From Candidatus Latescibacterota bacterium (GTDB lineage Bacteria; Latescibacterota; UBA2968; UBA8231), in assembly GCA_965203175.1 (NCBI GenBank), contig OZ241867.1:4704001-4768000 (forward strand): 64,000 nucleotides of DNA, read 5' to 3'. The translations under genes and the position numbers were made by a program. Below the pieces are notes generated by a model. The model did not search any database and was not told where the DNA came from. It worked only from the letters and a program-made list of their open reading frames with translations. Of this stretch, positions 1 through 9,302 are shown piece after piece. How positions within the stretch are numbered: the stretch's first letter is position 1; each line of letters starts with the position of its first letter.

Positions 1-1802
1 ACATTGACCGGCTCAAAGGCGCTGGCCGCCTCGACCACAGCCGCCTCCAACTCCACTACGTCGACGCGCTCCATTGCGTCGATGGCAGCCAACCAACCGG
101 CCGTAGATCCGGTCCCAAGTCCAATGACTAGGGCATTGCGCGGCTGTGGATGCAGAATGGCTCCGATCATCCCGCTCATGATCTGGGTAGAGGCGTCCCC
201 CACTGCAGACCCTTCGCTCTTGCCGTTCAAAAAGAGCACAGGGCCCCGGTCGGACACGCGGATGGCCACCGAGCTTTCAATACCTTCCCGCTCCCAGCGC
301 ACGGCGCGCCGCTGCCCTTGCATCCACCCCCGTATCCCGTTGGCATTCAAATTGGCCAGCATTTTCAGCCCCGCCCCAATCGGAGTGTGCCGCCACGCAG
401 CTGTAGGCCCGGTCGCCAACAATAAGGACGCGGCGACCGCGGCCAAAACGACGGCTAGTCCCGACTGCAGGCCAATCCATTTTGCGCTTTCCCCCTCCCG
501 TCCGTCTCTCGCCCACGCAAACGCAGCAATACCGCCTCCCAAAACCGCGAGCAGCACTACCACGAGTTGCCACGCGCCCAAGGCGGAAAGCCACGGCAGC
601 AAGGCGAAGCCTCCGAGCAAAGCGCCCAGAATGGCACCCAGTGTGTTCCAAGCATAGGTCCAGCCCACGTCGAGCCCAAGCTGGCGCGCGCCGGGACCGA
701 GTAGGGCAATGAGGAGCGGAAATTGATACCCCGCAACAATAGCCGTAGGCAGCACCACAATACTCACCACTACGGACCACGACAGCACCAATCCGCCAAA
801 ACCCAGCGTCCCCCACTCGCGCAAACCGCCTGCCAGCACAGCTAGCTGATCGCCCAGCGCAAAAGGAATGGCTACACACAGCGCTTCCAGAATGCACGTC
901 AGCGCCAGCCCAGAGAGCGCAGGAGTCCGCTTGCGCCCCCACAACGCATAGGCGGTTCCCCCCAAGCCAATCCCCAGCAGCGCCACGGCCAAGATGAGAC
1001 CAAAGGTATAGGTGGTGCCCCCGAGCAGCGGAGCCAGCATCCGGTACCAGACCAGTTCCATGAGCAGAAAGGCCATCCCGACCACCGCAGCAGTGGCAAA
1101 AATCAGCAGCCGCACGTAACCAGAGCGCCGCACCTCTCCATCTGCTGCTGGCACAACAGCCACCTCCTTGTCAAAGACGGCTGGGTAAGAGCGCGCAATC
1201 CAGAGGGCACCGCCACCGACAACAGCGTTTAACACAGCGGCAGCCCACAGGGTCGCATCGGCCCCTAGACGTTCCAGCAGCGCGAAAGTAGCCAGCAAAG
1301 CCCCAGTCACAGCGCCGAGCGTGTTGATTCCGTACAGCACGGCGACCCGGCGTCTCCCAGTATCCTCATCGCCCCCGACAGCTCTGGCTGCGGCAGGCAG
1401 CGTACCGCCCATGAGAAAGGTCGGAACGGCCAGCGCACACGCGGTTAGCACGAGCCGCACCAGCGTGGCCACGACCGGCCCCAGCGACAGGACTCCGCCC
1501 AGGGCGACGTAGAACTCGCGCGCCATCCACACTAGCAATGGAGTAAGGGCAGCCGAGGCCGCAATGAACAGTTCAAGGTAGGCGTATAGGGCTAAAGGTC
1601 GCGGGTTGCGGTCAACGCGCCGCCCGAACCAGAACCCGCCCGCGCCGAGCCCCCCCAAAAAGACAGACAGCACCGCGGCCGAGGCCAACGTAGAAGCACC
1701 AAAGACAAAGCGGAATTCGCGCAACCAGACCATCTGGTAGATCAGGGCGCACATCCCCGACCCAAACAATAAGCCAGCGACTACAATCACGTGTCGCAAC
1801 AT
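1..1802 (-). CDS. Fused multi-TM (MFS-like)/spermidine-synthase-like SAM-fold protein, runs off left edge
   Basis: Not in the ORF track. Manual translation from ATG at 1802 gives MLRHVIVVAGLLFGSGMCALIYQMVWLREFRFVFGAST...; the same frame at the edge gives LHPQPRNALVIGLGTGSTAGWLAAIDAMERVDVVELE. Paralog of 13787-16369. Confidence 0.88.
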   Translation of the reverse strand, partial: MLRHVIVVAGLLFGSGMCALIYQMVWLREFRFVFGASTLASAAVLSVFLGGLGAGGFWFGRRVDRNPRPLALYAYLELFIAASAALTPLLVWMAREFYVALGGVLSLGPVVATLVRLVLTACALAVPTFLMGGTLPAAARAVGGDEDTGRRRVAVLYGINTLGAVTGALLATFALLERLGADATLWAAAVLNAVVGGGALWIARSYPAVFDKEVAVVPAADGEVRRSGYVRLLIFATAAVVGMAFLLMELVWYRMLAPLLGGTTYTFGLILAVALLGIGLGGTAYALWGRKRTPALSGLALTCILEALCVAIPFALGDQLAVLAGGLREWGTLGFGGLVLSWSVVVSIVVLPTAIVAGYQFPLLIALLGPGARQLGLDVGWTYAWNTLGAILGALLGGFALLPWLSALGAWQLVVVLLAVLGGGIAAFAWARDGREGESAKWIGLQSGLAVVLAAVAASLLLATGPTAAWRHTPIGAGLKMLANLNANGIRGWMQGQRRAVRWEREGIESSVAIRVSDRGPVLFLNGKSEGSAVGDASTQIMSGMIGAILHPQPRNALVIGLGTGSTAGWLAAIDAMERVDVVELEAAVVEAASAFEPVN

Positions 1803-1897
1803 GTGCAACCTATCCCGTCTTGGCCGGTCGCGGACTCGGACCAGTGCGCCCAGTCGGCGCTCCTCGAAAGCCATGCTGACCGGCTCCGCTCAGAGGA

Positions 1898-1929
1898 TGT
1901 TTGACAGTCGAACAATGTAAATATATGAT
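1898..1929 (+). promoter_or_regulatory. Sigma70-type promoter with overlapping imperfect palindrome
   Basis: TTGACA(1901-1906)-N17-TATGAT(1924-1929); TGTTTGAC-A-GTCGAACA (1898-1914) covers the -35. Confidence 0.65.
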
Positions 1930-1969
1930 TCCGTCCGAGTGTACTCCCTGCCGACACAGGAGACGCGAA

Positions 1970-3793
1970 ATGGCTCCTGACAAAACCCTCACCCTGGCCA
2001 ATAAGGGCATCCCCAAAACCGCTATTGTCCTGCCCGATGGCACCGGAGAAGTACTCCGCGAAGCGGCCATGGATCTGCAGGCCATTCTCGAAAAAATCAT
2101 TGGTACAGCTCCTCCGCTGAAACCGGATGACGGCAAACCCGCACCCCGGGGAAGCACCGCCCTCCACGTGGGAGCCACTGCATGCGCCCAATCCTTGGGT
2201 CTGGACGCCGGAGACGCGGGCGTCGAGGGCTATCGCCTGATCACCTCTGGCAGAGACCTCTTCATTCTGGGCGGCAGCGACAGCGGCACGGGCTACGGCG
2301 TGTACGGGCTCCTCGAGGATCACCTCGGCGTCCGCTTTTTCATGCCCGGCGAACTCTTCGCGGACATCCCCGTGCAAACCACCCTGCGGCTGGCCCCGAT
2401 AAACGAGGAAAAGCGGCCCCATTTCCTCCACCGCGAATTCAGCGGCATCTCCGGTCTGGAAGGAGCGCAATGGGAGCGCCGCAACCGGATCAGCTACCGT
2501 CGGCCGCAATTGCCCTACGCCGGCTTTCACCACGCCCTCTACAGCATCTTTCCGGTCGCTCGCTACGGCAAGAGCCATCCCGAGTACTACGCCCTCATCG
2601 ACGGTCAGCGCCTCATTCCCACCAGCGACGCCGAAAGCAATGCCCGCTTTGGCCAGCCCTGCACCAGCAATCCCGCGGTCGTCGACCTTACCATCCAGGC
2701 CGTGCGCCGCTACTTCGATGCCAATCCCGAGGCCCACTGCTTCTCTTTGGGCATGAACGACAACGCGGATTTTTGCCAGTGCGAAAACTGCCGGGCACTC
2801 GACGTGCCCGGTCTGGTCTTTCGCAACCGTCGGGTCTACTCCGACCGGTGGTTCACCTACATCAACACCGTGGCCCGGGCGCTGCAGGAATCCCACCCGG
2901 GAAAGTTCGTCGGTTGCCTAGCCTACATCAACGTGGAATCGCCTCCCCAGACCATCGATCATCTGGAGCCCAACGTCGCCATCTTCCTCACTCAGGACAC
3001 GGCCCAGCACTTCGACCTCGAATACCGCGACAAGGACCGCGCATTCATTTGCACCTGGAGTCGGCAATGCGACCACGTCTGCAAGTACGATTACTATGGC
3101 CTAGGCTGGGCGCTGCCCCGTTTCTTCCCCCACCTGCTGGCCGACGACATCAAATTCCAGTACCGCACCGGCATCAAGGGCTTCTACGCCGAAGCCTATC
3201 CCCACTGGCCCGGCTTCGGCCCTCACATCTGGCTGGCCTCCAAGCTCTGGTGGGACTCAGACCAGGATGTGGATGCGCTCCTCGACGAATTTTTCCGCCG
3301 GCTCTTCCACAAGGCGGCCGGCGAAGTCCGCGCCTTCTACGACCGCCTCGAAGCCATCTGGCAACACCCTAGGCAGGGTCGCTGGTTCCAAGGGCTGAGC
3401 GGCCTCCACGACCAGGTCTCCTGCTTCACTGCGGAAGACGTCGACGACCTAGAGGCCATCCTCGCTCGCGCCCGCAGGGCCTCGCGGGATCCGCTCGTAC
3501 GCCTGAGAATCGACTACATCTGCCGCTGGTTCGCTTTTCCCGCCACCCTCATCCGGGGCTGGCATACAGCCGACGAAATCCTAACCATGTCCCCCGGACC
3601 AGCAGCTCGTCACAAGGCCGCCGCGCTCGCCAAACTCAAGTCCCGCCTCAAAAGGACCTACCGCCAGGCCATTCTGGAAGATCGCTGGATGCCCAAGACC
3701 GCTTACTTCAACGACGGCAGGTACCAGGCCCGCGTGGCAGATCCCTGGAACGAGAAAATTGATCGGGCCGTGACCCACGCCCATCAGGGCTAG
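1970..3793 (+). CDS. DUF4838-family protein (glycoside-hydrolase-like)
   Basis: GH67/GH20 N-terminal-like segment (EGYRL...GYGVYGLLEDHLGVRFFMPGE), QPCTSNP, SLGMND..FCQCENC, WLASKLWWD. ATG 1970 follows AGGAG and lies downstream of the promoter, so the ORF-track start at 1901 is unlikely. Confidence 0.75.
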   Translation: MAPDKTLTLANKGIPKTAIVLPDGTGEVLREAAMDLQAILEKIIGTAPPLKPDDGKPAPRGSTALHVGATACAQSLGLDAGDAGVEGYRLITSGRDLFILGGSDSGTGYGVYGLLEDHLGVRFFMPGELFADIPVQTTLRLAPINEEKRPHFLHREFSGISGLEGAQWERRNRISYRRPQLPYAGFHHALYSIFPVARYGKSHPEYYALIDGQRLIPTSDAESNARFGQPCTSNPAVVDLTIQAVRRYFDANPEAHCFSLGMNDNADFCQCENCRALDVPGLVFRNRRVYSDRWFTYINTVARALQESHPGKFVGCLAYINVESPPQTIDHLEPNVAIFLTQDTAQHFDLEYRDKDRAFICTWSRQCDHVCKYDYYGLGWALPRFFPHLLADDIKFQYRTGIKGFYAEAYPHWPGFGPHIWLASKLWWDSDQDVDALLDEFFRRLFHKAAGEVRAFYDRLEAIWQHPRQGRWFQGLSGLHDQVSCFTAEDVDDLEAILARARRASRDPLVRLRIDYICRWFAFPATLIRGWHTADEILTMSPGPAARHKAAALAKLKSRLKRTYRQAILEDRWMPKTAYFNDGRYQARVADPWNEKIDRAVTHAHQG

Positions 3794-3796
3794 CCA

Positions 3797-4948
3797 TCAA
3801 ACCTGTCTGATGTAGATCCGCCGTCGGTGCAGCCCCCGGTCGAGCCGCCACGTCCTGATGCTAGCGTCGTCAACGTGCATGGTAATGTCGTAGAACCCCA
3901 TCCTCGTGGGTTCCCACGCATGCGACCAGAGCGTCCAAGTATCGTTGGTCTCCTGCGCGTAGGGCATGTTGATCGGAACTGGGTCTCGGTCCTGGCCGAA
4001 CCGAATCATCAATTTGTCGGTCGGCCGCTCGCCCCCCCACATCAGACCGACCACCCGATAGACGATCCGCTCGGCGAGACGCCATTTTTCAACGCGGATG
4101 GGCAGAGCCGCTTGGTCAATCAGCGCGGGGTCGAAGTCCCTGGCGAGCTTGGGAGCGCCCTGCTGGTTGATGCGACTGGCAAACTCCAGCATCTGACTCG
4201 TCGCCATTGCACCGTCATCAACCAACGCAATCTCATTGACCCATTTGATGTCCACGCAGCTAAACCACCGGGGCACGACTAGGCGCACGGGGAAACCGTG
4301 ATCGCGCGGCAGCGGTTCGCCATTCATCTCAGTCGCCAAGAAAGCGCCGTATTTCTCAAGCTCCGCAAAGGTGAAAACCCAGCTCGCCCCCGGAATCGAA
4401 GAGTGCGGTTTGGTTGAGTACTCGTCAAAGCCCGAGATCAGGACACGGGTCGCTTCGGCTCTGATATTCAACCTTGCTAGCACCTCAGTCAGGGGAACGC
4501 CCGACCACTGGGCCGCACTCATCAGCCCAAAGGGCCGGCGCTGATTGCCGGCGCACTCCAGCAGCACAGTGCCCATGGGTCTGACCAAGGGCTTTAACTC
4601 GTCCAGACCGATTTCCACTGGCCGCTCGACTAGTCCTCGCACCGCGATCTTCCACGGCTGGGCAAAATCGAGCAGGTCGGAACAGCGCGTGCGCACAAAA
4701 AACTGCTCATTGGGAGTGATCAAGGTGGCGGGCGTGAGCGCGGTCAAATCAGTGTGGAACCGCGCGTCAAGTCCATCCCCTAGTTGCAGGGGTTCTTTGC
4801 CGTCGAGGAAGCTCTGATTCCCCAGCAATTCGCCGCTAGCAAAGGGGTCGGAGTCGCTCTCTGGACGGGCACACGAAAAACCCAAGGCCAGCGCGCCACC
4901 CGCGCCAAGCGCCTGCTGGATAAACGTCCTACGCGTCCATTCCTCCAT
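3797..4948 (-). CDS. Sulfite-oxidase-family molybdopterin oxidoreductase, Tat-exported
   Basis: TRRTFIQ Tat motif, TPNEQFFVR, LECAGN (Mo-ligating Cys), MNGEPLPRDHGFPVRLVVP, KWV; GGAGG RBS. Confidence 0.88.
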   Translation of the reverse strand: MEEWTRRTFIQQALGAGGALALGFSCARPESDSDPFASGELLGNQSFLDGKEPLQLGDGLDARFHTDLTALTPATLITPNEQFFVRTRCSDLLDFAQPWKIAVRGLVERPVEIGLDELKPLVRPMGTVLLECAGNQRRPFGLMSAAQWSGVPLTEVLARLNIRAEATRVLISGFDEYSTKPHSSIPGASWVFTFAELEKYGAFLATEMNGEPLPRDHGFPVRLVVPRWFSCVDIKWVNEIALVDDGAMATSQMLEFASRINQQGAPKLARDFDPALIDQAALPIRVEKWRLAERIVYRVVGLMWGGERPTDKLMIRFGQDRDPVPINMPYAQETNDTWTLWSHAWEPTRMGFYDITMHVDDASIRTWRLDRGLHRRRIYIRQV

Positions 4949-5068
4949 CGACTGCCTCCTAAGGTAGCCCGAGTTCTACCTCGTCGCGATTGCAGGCTTC
5001 GCGCAGGGCTAGAAAACCGAACGTTTGATAGTGGGCCACCTGTGCTGTGGTTATCACGCTAGCTCCTT

Positions 5069-7504
5069 CTATTTTGCCAGAGCCGCAGCCACGGCCTTCA
5101 GCGCCTCCAACCGCATCTCAAGCAATTCCCCGGGCGTGCCGCTGTGCAGGTCCACCTGTACCAAATCGGCCCGACCATCCTGCCTGTTGACCAAGCGGGC
5201 CGGACCTTCTCGGTGGAGTTGTGCCAGACTTGCATCGCCGGTCTTTGTCGCGACAGTGCCCAGATGACGCCACAATTCGACATCTTCGATGCCTTCTCGC
5301 CAAGCCTCCCGCCGCTTGCTGGTGATCGGCCCGTGCTCAGTGGCATAGACCATGCCGTAGCTGGGATAGCGGCCCGCGTAGTCGTTGAACTGTCCGCCGT
5401 CGTCTCCCCAGACCCACATGCCAGCACCGTCCAACCCCAACTCGACGGTGGCCATGTGGTGCAGGCGATAGTACCGGTGGGGATCGCTGGCTTTGGAACT
5501 TCCCACGACGTACTGGGAACCGGCGTGTTCTTCCGCCAGCACGTGGGCGAGGATTTCGGGGTGTTGGCGGTAGTACTTTAGCGGACAGCAGTGGATGTCA
5601 ATGGCATCGGGATACTTTTCCAGCATCTCCAGCGAAATTTGATGATCCTCCCAAATGAGGATCGTCGGATCGACCTCCTTGGCGAATTTCGACGACGGAA
5701 TAATGTACTTCACAAATCCGTCGTCTCCAGGCTCATCGACCCAGTAAAAGGCCCATTTATCCGTCGGATAGCCCCTCGCCTGCATGTGGTCGCGGATTTG
5801 CCGTACCCACTCCTTGAACAGGGCTTCGTGTTCGGGGGTGCCGACCTTTGGCACATGAGTCGCGCGGTGATAATTGAGGTCCATGAAGCCGAATTCAAAA
5901 CCGGTCCACAGCAGCCACTGTCTCACATAGGGCCGGTACGCGAGCATCTCGTCGAGTTTGGCGAAATCAACCTCAATCGGTCGGACAAACTCACCAGTCG
6001 CCTTATCGACCTTGGGCCAAGGGATGTACGCGTGGTGCAGCACGTGGGCATTGGCATAGCAGCGCTCGAGTTCCGCAGCGGCCTGCTGCTCGTACCCCTG
6101 GGATGGCGTCCAAGTGAAGTAGCCCCACGACTGGGCGATATACGTCGGATCGACCGGCATTTCCACCGGGAACACCGCAGCACTGAGCGGAATCTCAAAG
6201 TGCGCATCGCCGACGGTGACCGCGACCTTTCCCTCGTACTGTTGCGGCTCGACGCCCCGCGAGTGGAGCACCAGCCACACTTGGCGCGTCATGCCCGGTG
6301 GCAAGGTCGCGCCGCCGTCTTCGAGGGGAGGCAAAGCGTCGTCGAAAAACAAGAATCCACTGCCCACGACGTGGGTTGCAATATGTCGCGTGATCTGCGC
6401 ATCCGGCCAGACATCCTCTCCCTCAACTCCCCTCAATGCGCCCACTTCGACTTGAATATTCAACGGCTCGGCGGTATTGTTCGACACGTTGAAGGCGACC
6501 GGTTCGTACTCGCCGATCATCATGTCCGCGTGCAAGTTGGGCGCAACCTCGCTTACCGGTCGTGCAAATGGGTTGGTCCGGTGCGACCACATCGAGTCAG
6601 TCGGCTGCCAGATGATCGCGGCTCGGTCGTCGCGGCGGCTGAAATAGGTGCCCATTGCCGCGCAAATTCTGCGGCCGACCTCGGTGTGAGGCAGCCCCTC
6701 GGAGTAATCCACTTCTTCGCCACCGCTGCCGGTGAAAACGACGCTCTCCAAGGTTTCGAGTTGGCGCAAAACAGCGGCCGCGTCTGCTCCCTGCATGGAC
6801 ATCACCTGATTGCGGGCGGTTTGGACAAAGTAGAGGTCGATATTCTTCTGCACGGCACCCTCGGCGCGTTTTAAAGCGTCGCTTTCGATCGCGCTTTGGT
6901 CGATTCCGGCCTCTGCGAAAGAAACAGCCGCCGGATCGCCGTGCCCCCGCATCACCTCGATTTCGTCCACGAATCCGTAAAAGCCCCCCTTGGCGACGTA
7001 TATTCCCAAATGGCGTCCCCGAGTTTTCAGGCCTTGGGCAACAAAGCGATGGCGCACGTACTGGTCCTGGGGAATCGCCTCATTGATCAGATCGGCCACA
7101 TAGTGCCAAGTCTGCCCGTCGTCGGACACATAGGCGAAGAGCGCTGTGGGAAAAGTGACTTGGGACGCGCCGGAAGTAGTGTCAAAACCAAGAGCATCGA
7201 TAGAGTACACATCCCCGAGATCAACAGAGATGAGGACGCCGGGCTTGCGGCCGAATTGCCAGCCGACCGTTCCCTTGTCGGTCCAGAAGCCAGTGTCGCC
7301 GGGCTGCCAGAACTCGCCATCGAACAGATCGGTCTCATCGCCCCCAGCACACAAGCTGTAGTTGGGCTCCAAAGAAAAAGTCGCGCTCTTGCCCAAGGCT
7401 AGGTTCGTTCCCGCCAGCGGCTCTATTACTGTATCAGCGCTGGGGTCTGTCGCCGTGGCCATACCCAAGGCGACGATGAAGCATGCTTTCTGCCAGCTAT
7501 TCAT
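5069..7504 (-). CDS. Secreted protein: N-terminal discoidin/F5-8-like domain, C-terminal GH123/DUF4091-like region
   Basis: Signal peptide, NLALGK...LFDG...VDLG...VDEIEV, FYWVDEP, SKRREAWREGIEDVE. Confidence 0.6.
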   Translation of the reverse strand: MNSWQKACFIVALGMATATDPSADTVIEPLAGTNLALGKSATFSLEPNYSLCAGGDETDLFDGEFWQPGDTGFWTDKGTVGWQFGRKPGVLISVDLGDVYSIDALGFDTTSGASQVTFPTALFAYVSDDGQTWHYVADLINEAIPQDQYVRHRFVAQGLKTRGRHLGIYVAKGGFYGFVDEIEVMRGHGDPAAVSFAEAGIDQSAIESDALKRAEGAVQKNIDLYFVQTARNQVMSMQGADAAAVLRQLETLESVVFTGSGGEEVDYSEGLPHTEVGRRICAAMGTYFSRRDDRAAIIWQPTDSMWSHRTNPFARPVSEVAPNLHADMMIGEYEPVAFNVSNNTAEPLNIQVEVGALRGVEGEDVWPDAQITRHIATHVVGSGFLFFDDALPPLEDGGATLPPGMTRQVWLVLHSRGVEPQQYEGKVAVTVGDAHFEIPLSAAVFPVEMPVDPTYIAQSWGYFTWTPSQGYEQQAAAELERCYANAHVLHHAYIPWPKVDKATGEFVRPIEVDFAKLDEMLAYRPYVRQWLLWTGFEFGFMDLNYHRATHVPKVGTPEHEALFKEWVRQIRDHMQARGYPTDKWAFYWVDEPGDDGFVKYIIPSSKFAKEVDPTILIWEDHQISLEMLEKYPDAIDIHCCPLKYYRQHPEILAHVLAEEHAGSQYVVGSSKASDPHRYYRLHHMATVELGLDGAGMWVWGDDGGQFNDYAGRYPSYGMVYATEHGPITSKRREAWREGIEDVELWRHLGTVATKTGDASLAQLHREGPARLVNRQDGRADLVQVDLHSGTPGELLEMRLEALKAVAAALAK

Positions 7505-7542
7505 CCGATTCCTCCCTCTCGCACGGGGCGAGGGTCAATGGC

Positions 7543-9195
7543 TCATTGAGCGCCGTGTTGCTGAACGTAATCCTGCGCCTCTTTGAGCGCGGGCAAATCG
7601 GCATCGGCATTGCGCCAGATGTCGAGAAGTTCGCGATAAAAATGCACGGCTTCTCCCGTCCTGCCCAATGTCGCTTCAGCCCGCGCCAAACCGAGCACAT
7701 ATAACGGGTCCTGTGGCCGCATTTCCAAAAGCTGGGCAAACAACGAGCGGGCCTTTGGGGCATGACCCTGTTCCAGGAGCAGTTCCGCGTACAGCTCACT
7801 GCCCAAAATGTCGGGCGGGACTTTTTCCCGTCGCTCCCCTTCCATGGCCTGTCGAGCCGACTCCAGCGCGGCAGCGGCATCTCCGCGCGCCCGAGCGTGG
7901 ACAGCGTCTAGATAGTGGGCCACGGCCTGCAGGTAATTTTTGAATCTCCCCAAGACCGGCATATATGAGTAAGCACGCACGCGTCCAACGGCGAGGCGAA
8001 ACAGCGAGTCCTGCCCCGCCACCGCGGCGCGATAGCCAATAAAGCGCGCGCCTTGGCCCGGCGGCATGGCGGCCACATCGACTTCCTCCGTGATCGGAAG
8101 CCTCACATCGGTGCGACCCATGGCCAGTGCGGCCCGTTGGTAGCGGCTTCTGAACATGATCGCATTGTAGGGAATGAGATCCAGTTTCTCGCCTCGCCGC
8201 TGGGCTTCGCCCGCAACGGCGTCGAGTTCATCAAGCACGCCCTGAGCGTCCTGCAAACGGCCGAGCTTGAGATAGGCGTCCAACAGCCAGTCGAGCGAGT
8301 GGAAGTCGCGCTTGTACAGGGGCCGCCCCGTCCGCTCCTGCCACTGCACGGTCGCCGCGTAGGAATCCTCGTTTGAAGCAGCCATCTCCTGCCACATGCC
8401 GAGCCAGCGAAAAGTGTGACTCGGCATGTGCAGCGCGTGCGATGAGGCCGGTGCCAGGCGAGCATAGAACCGGGCCAAGTCCAAGCCCCTATGGGCAAAG
8501 GTGCGCGAATCGTACACGTGGATGAGATAGTGCACCACGCCGGGATGCTCGGGACGGCGCTGGTACACTTCCTCCAAAATGGCGGCGAGCGGCTCCACAA
8601 ACGCGGAATCGTCCCAAGTAAATCCCCTTTGGACCCGGGCGGCGCTCATGCGGGCCAATGCCGCGAAGATGATCGCTTCGTCGTCGTCTGGGTAGCGCGC
8701 AGCGAGTTGCTCCATGGCCGCAGCAAAAGCCCGGCGACCCTTTGGACTACCCCGCTCGCGATAGAGCGGCCGCAGCGCATCGACGAATCCCTGCTCGCGC
8801 GCCGTCCATTGCAGCTTTTCCTGCGCTTGCAGTTCATCCAACTGGTCGAGAATCGCTTGGCCGGCCTTTGAATCCTGCACGCCTCGGGTTCCCTGCAGAG
8901 GCGCGTCATGCGTCATGGCCTCACCCCAATAGGCCATGGCAAAACCGGGGTCCAGTTCCCGCGCCTTGCGAAAGTGGTCCCGCGCCTCCTCGTACCAGAA
9001 GCTGTGCAGCGCCAGCACCCCCAAGTCGAACTCCTCTTGAGCCGCAGGCGCACCAGAAGTGGGAAAGTCGATGCGACCGAGAAGCAGAGGTTGGTCTGGC
9101 GGCGATTCTTGGGCTTGGTCCGGCGAGTGTTCTGCAGGGCCACACGCCCAATACATGGCTGCCACTACCGATAAAACAAGAGTTGATATTCGCAT
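7543..9195 (-). CDS. TPR-containing putative lipoprotein with His-rich motifs
   Basis: GGAGG before ATG 9195; lipobox-like YWAC; FPTSG..AQ..F..G...LHSFWY, DPGFAMAYWG, HPGVVHYLIH, HALHMPSH; C-terminal TPRs. Confidence 0.75.
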   Translation of the reverse strand: MRISTLVLSVVAAMYWACGPAEHSPDQAQESPPDQPLLLGRIDFPTSGAPAAQEEFDLGVLALHSFWYEEARDHFRKARELDPGFAMAYWGEAMTHDAPLQGTRGVQDSKAGQAILDQLDELQAQEKLQWTAREQGFVDALRPLYRERGSPKGRRAFAAAMEQLAARYPDDDEAIIFAALARMSAARVQRGFTWDDSAFVEPLAAILEEVYQRRPEHPGVVHYLIHVYDSRTFAHRGLDLARFYARLAPASSHALHMPSHTFRWLGMWQEMAASNEDSYAATVQWQERTGRPLYKRDFHSLDWLLDAYLKLGRLQDAQGVLDELDAVAGEAQRRGEKLDLIPYNAIMFRSRYQRAALAMGRTDVRLPITEEVDVAAMPPGQGARFIGYRAAVAGQDSLFRLAVGRVRAYSYMPVLGRFKNYLQAVAHYLDAVHARARGDAAAALESARQAMEGERREKVPPDILGSELYAELLLEQGHAPKARSLFAQLLEMRPQDPLYVLGLARAEATLGRTGEAVHFYRELLDIWRNADADLPALKEAQDYVQQHGAQ

Positions 9196-9302
9196 CACGT
9201 TCAATTCCTCCAATGCTGGAGAGCAACATAGCGGCCAGAAAAAGATGACACAACACCCTTTCAACACTATCTTCCGATATACAATTTGCGGGATGAACGT
9301 CT

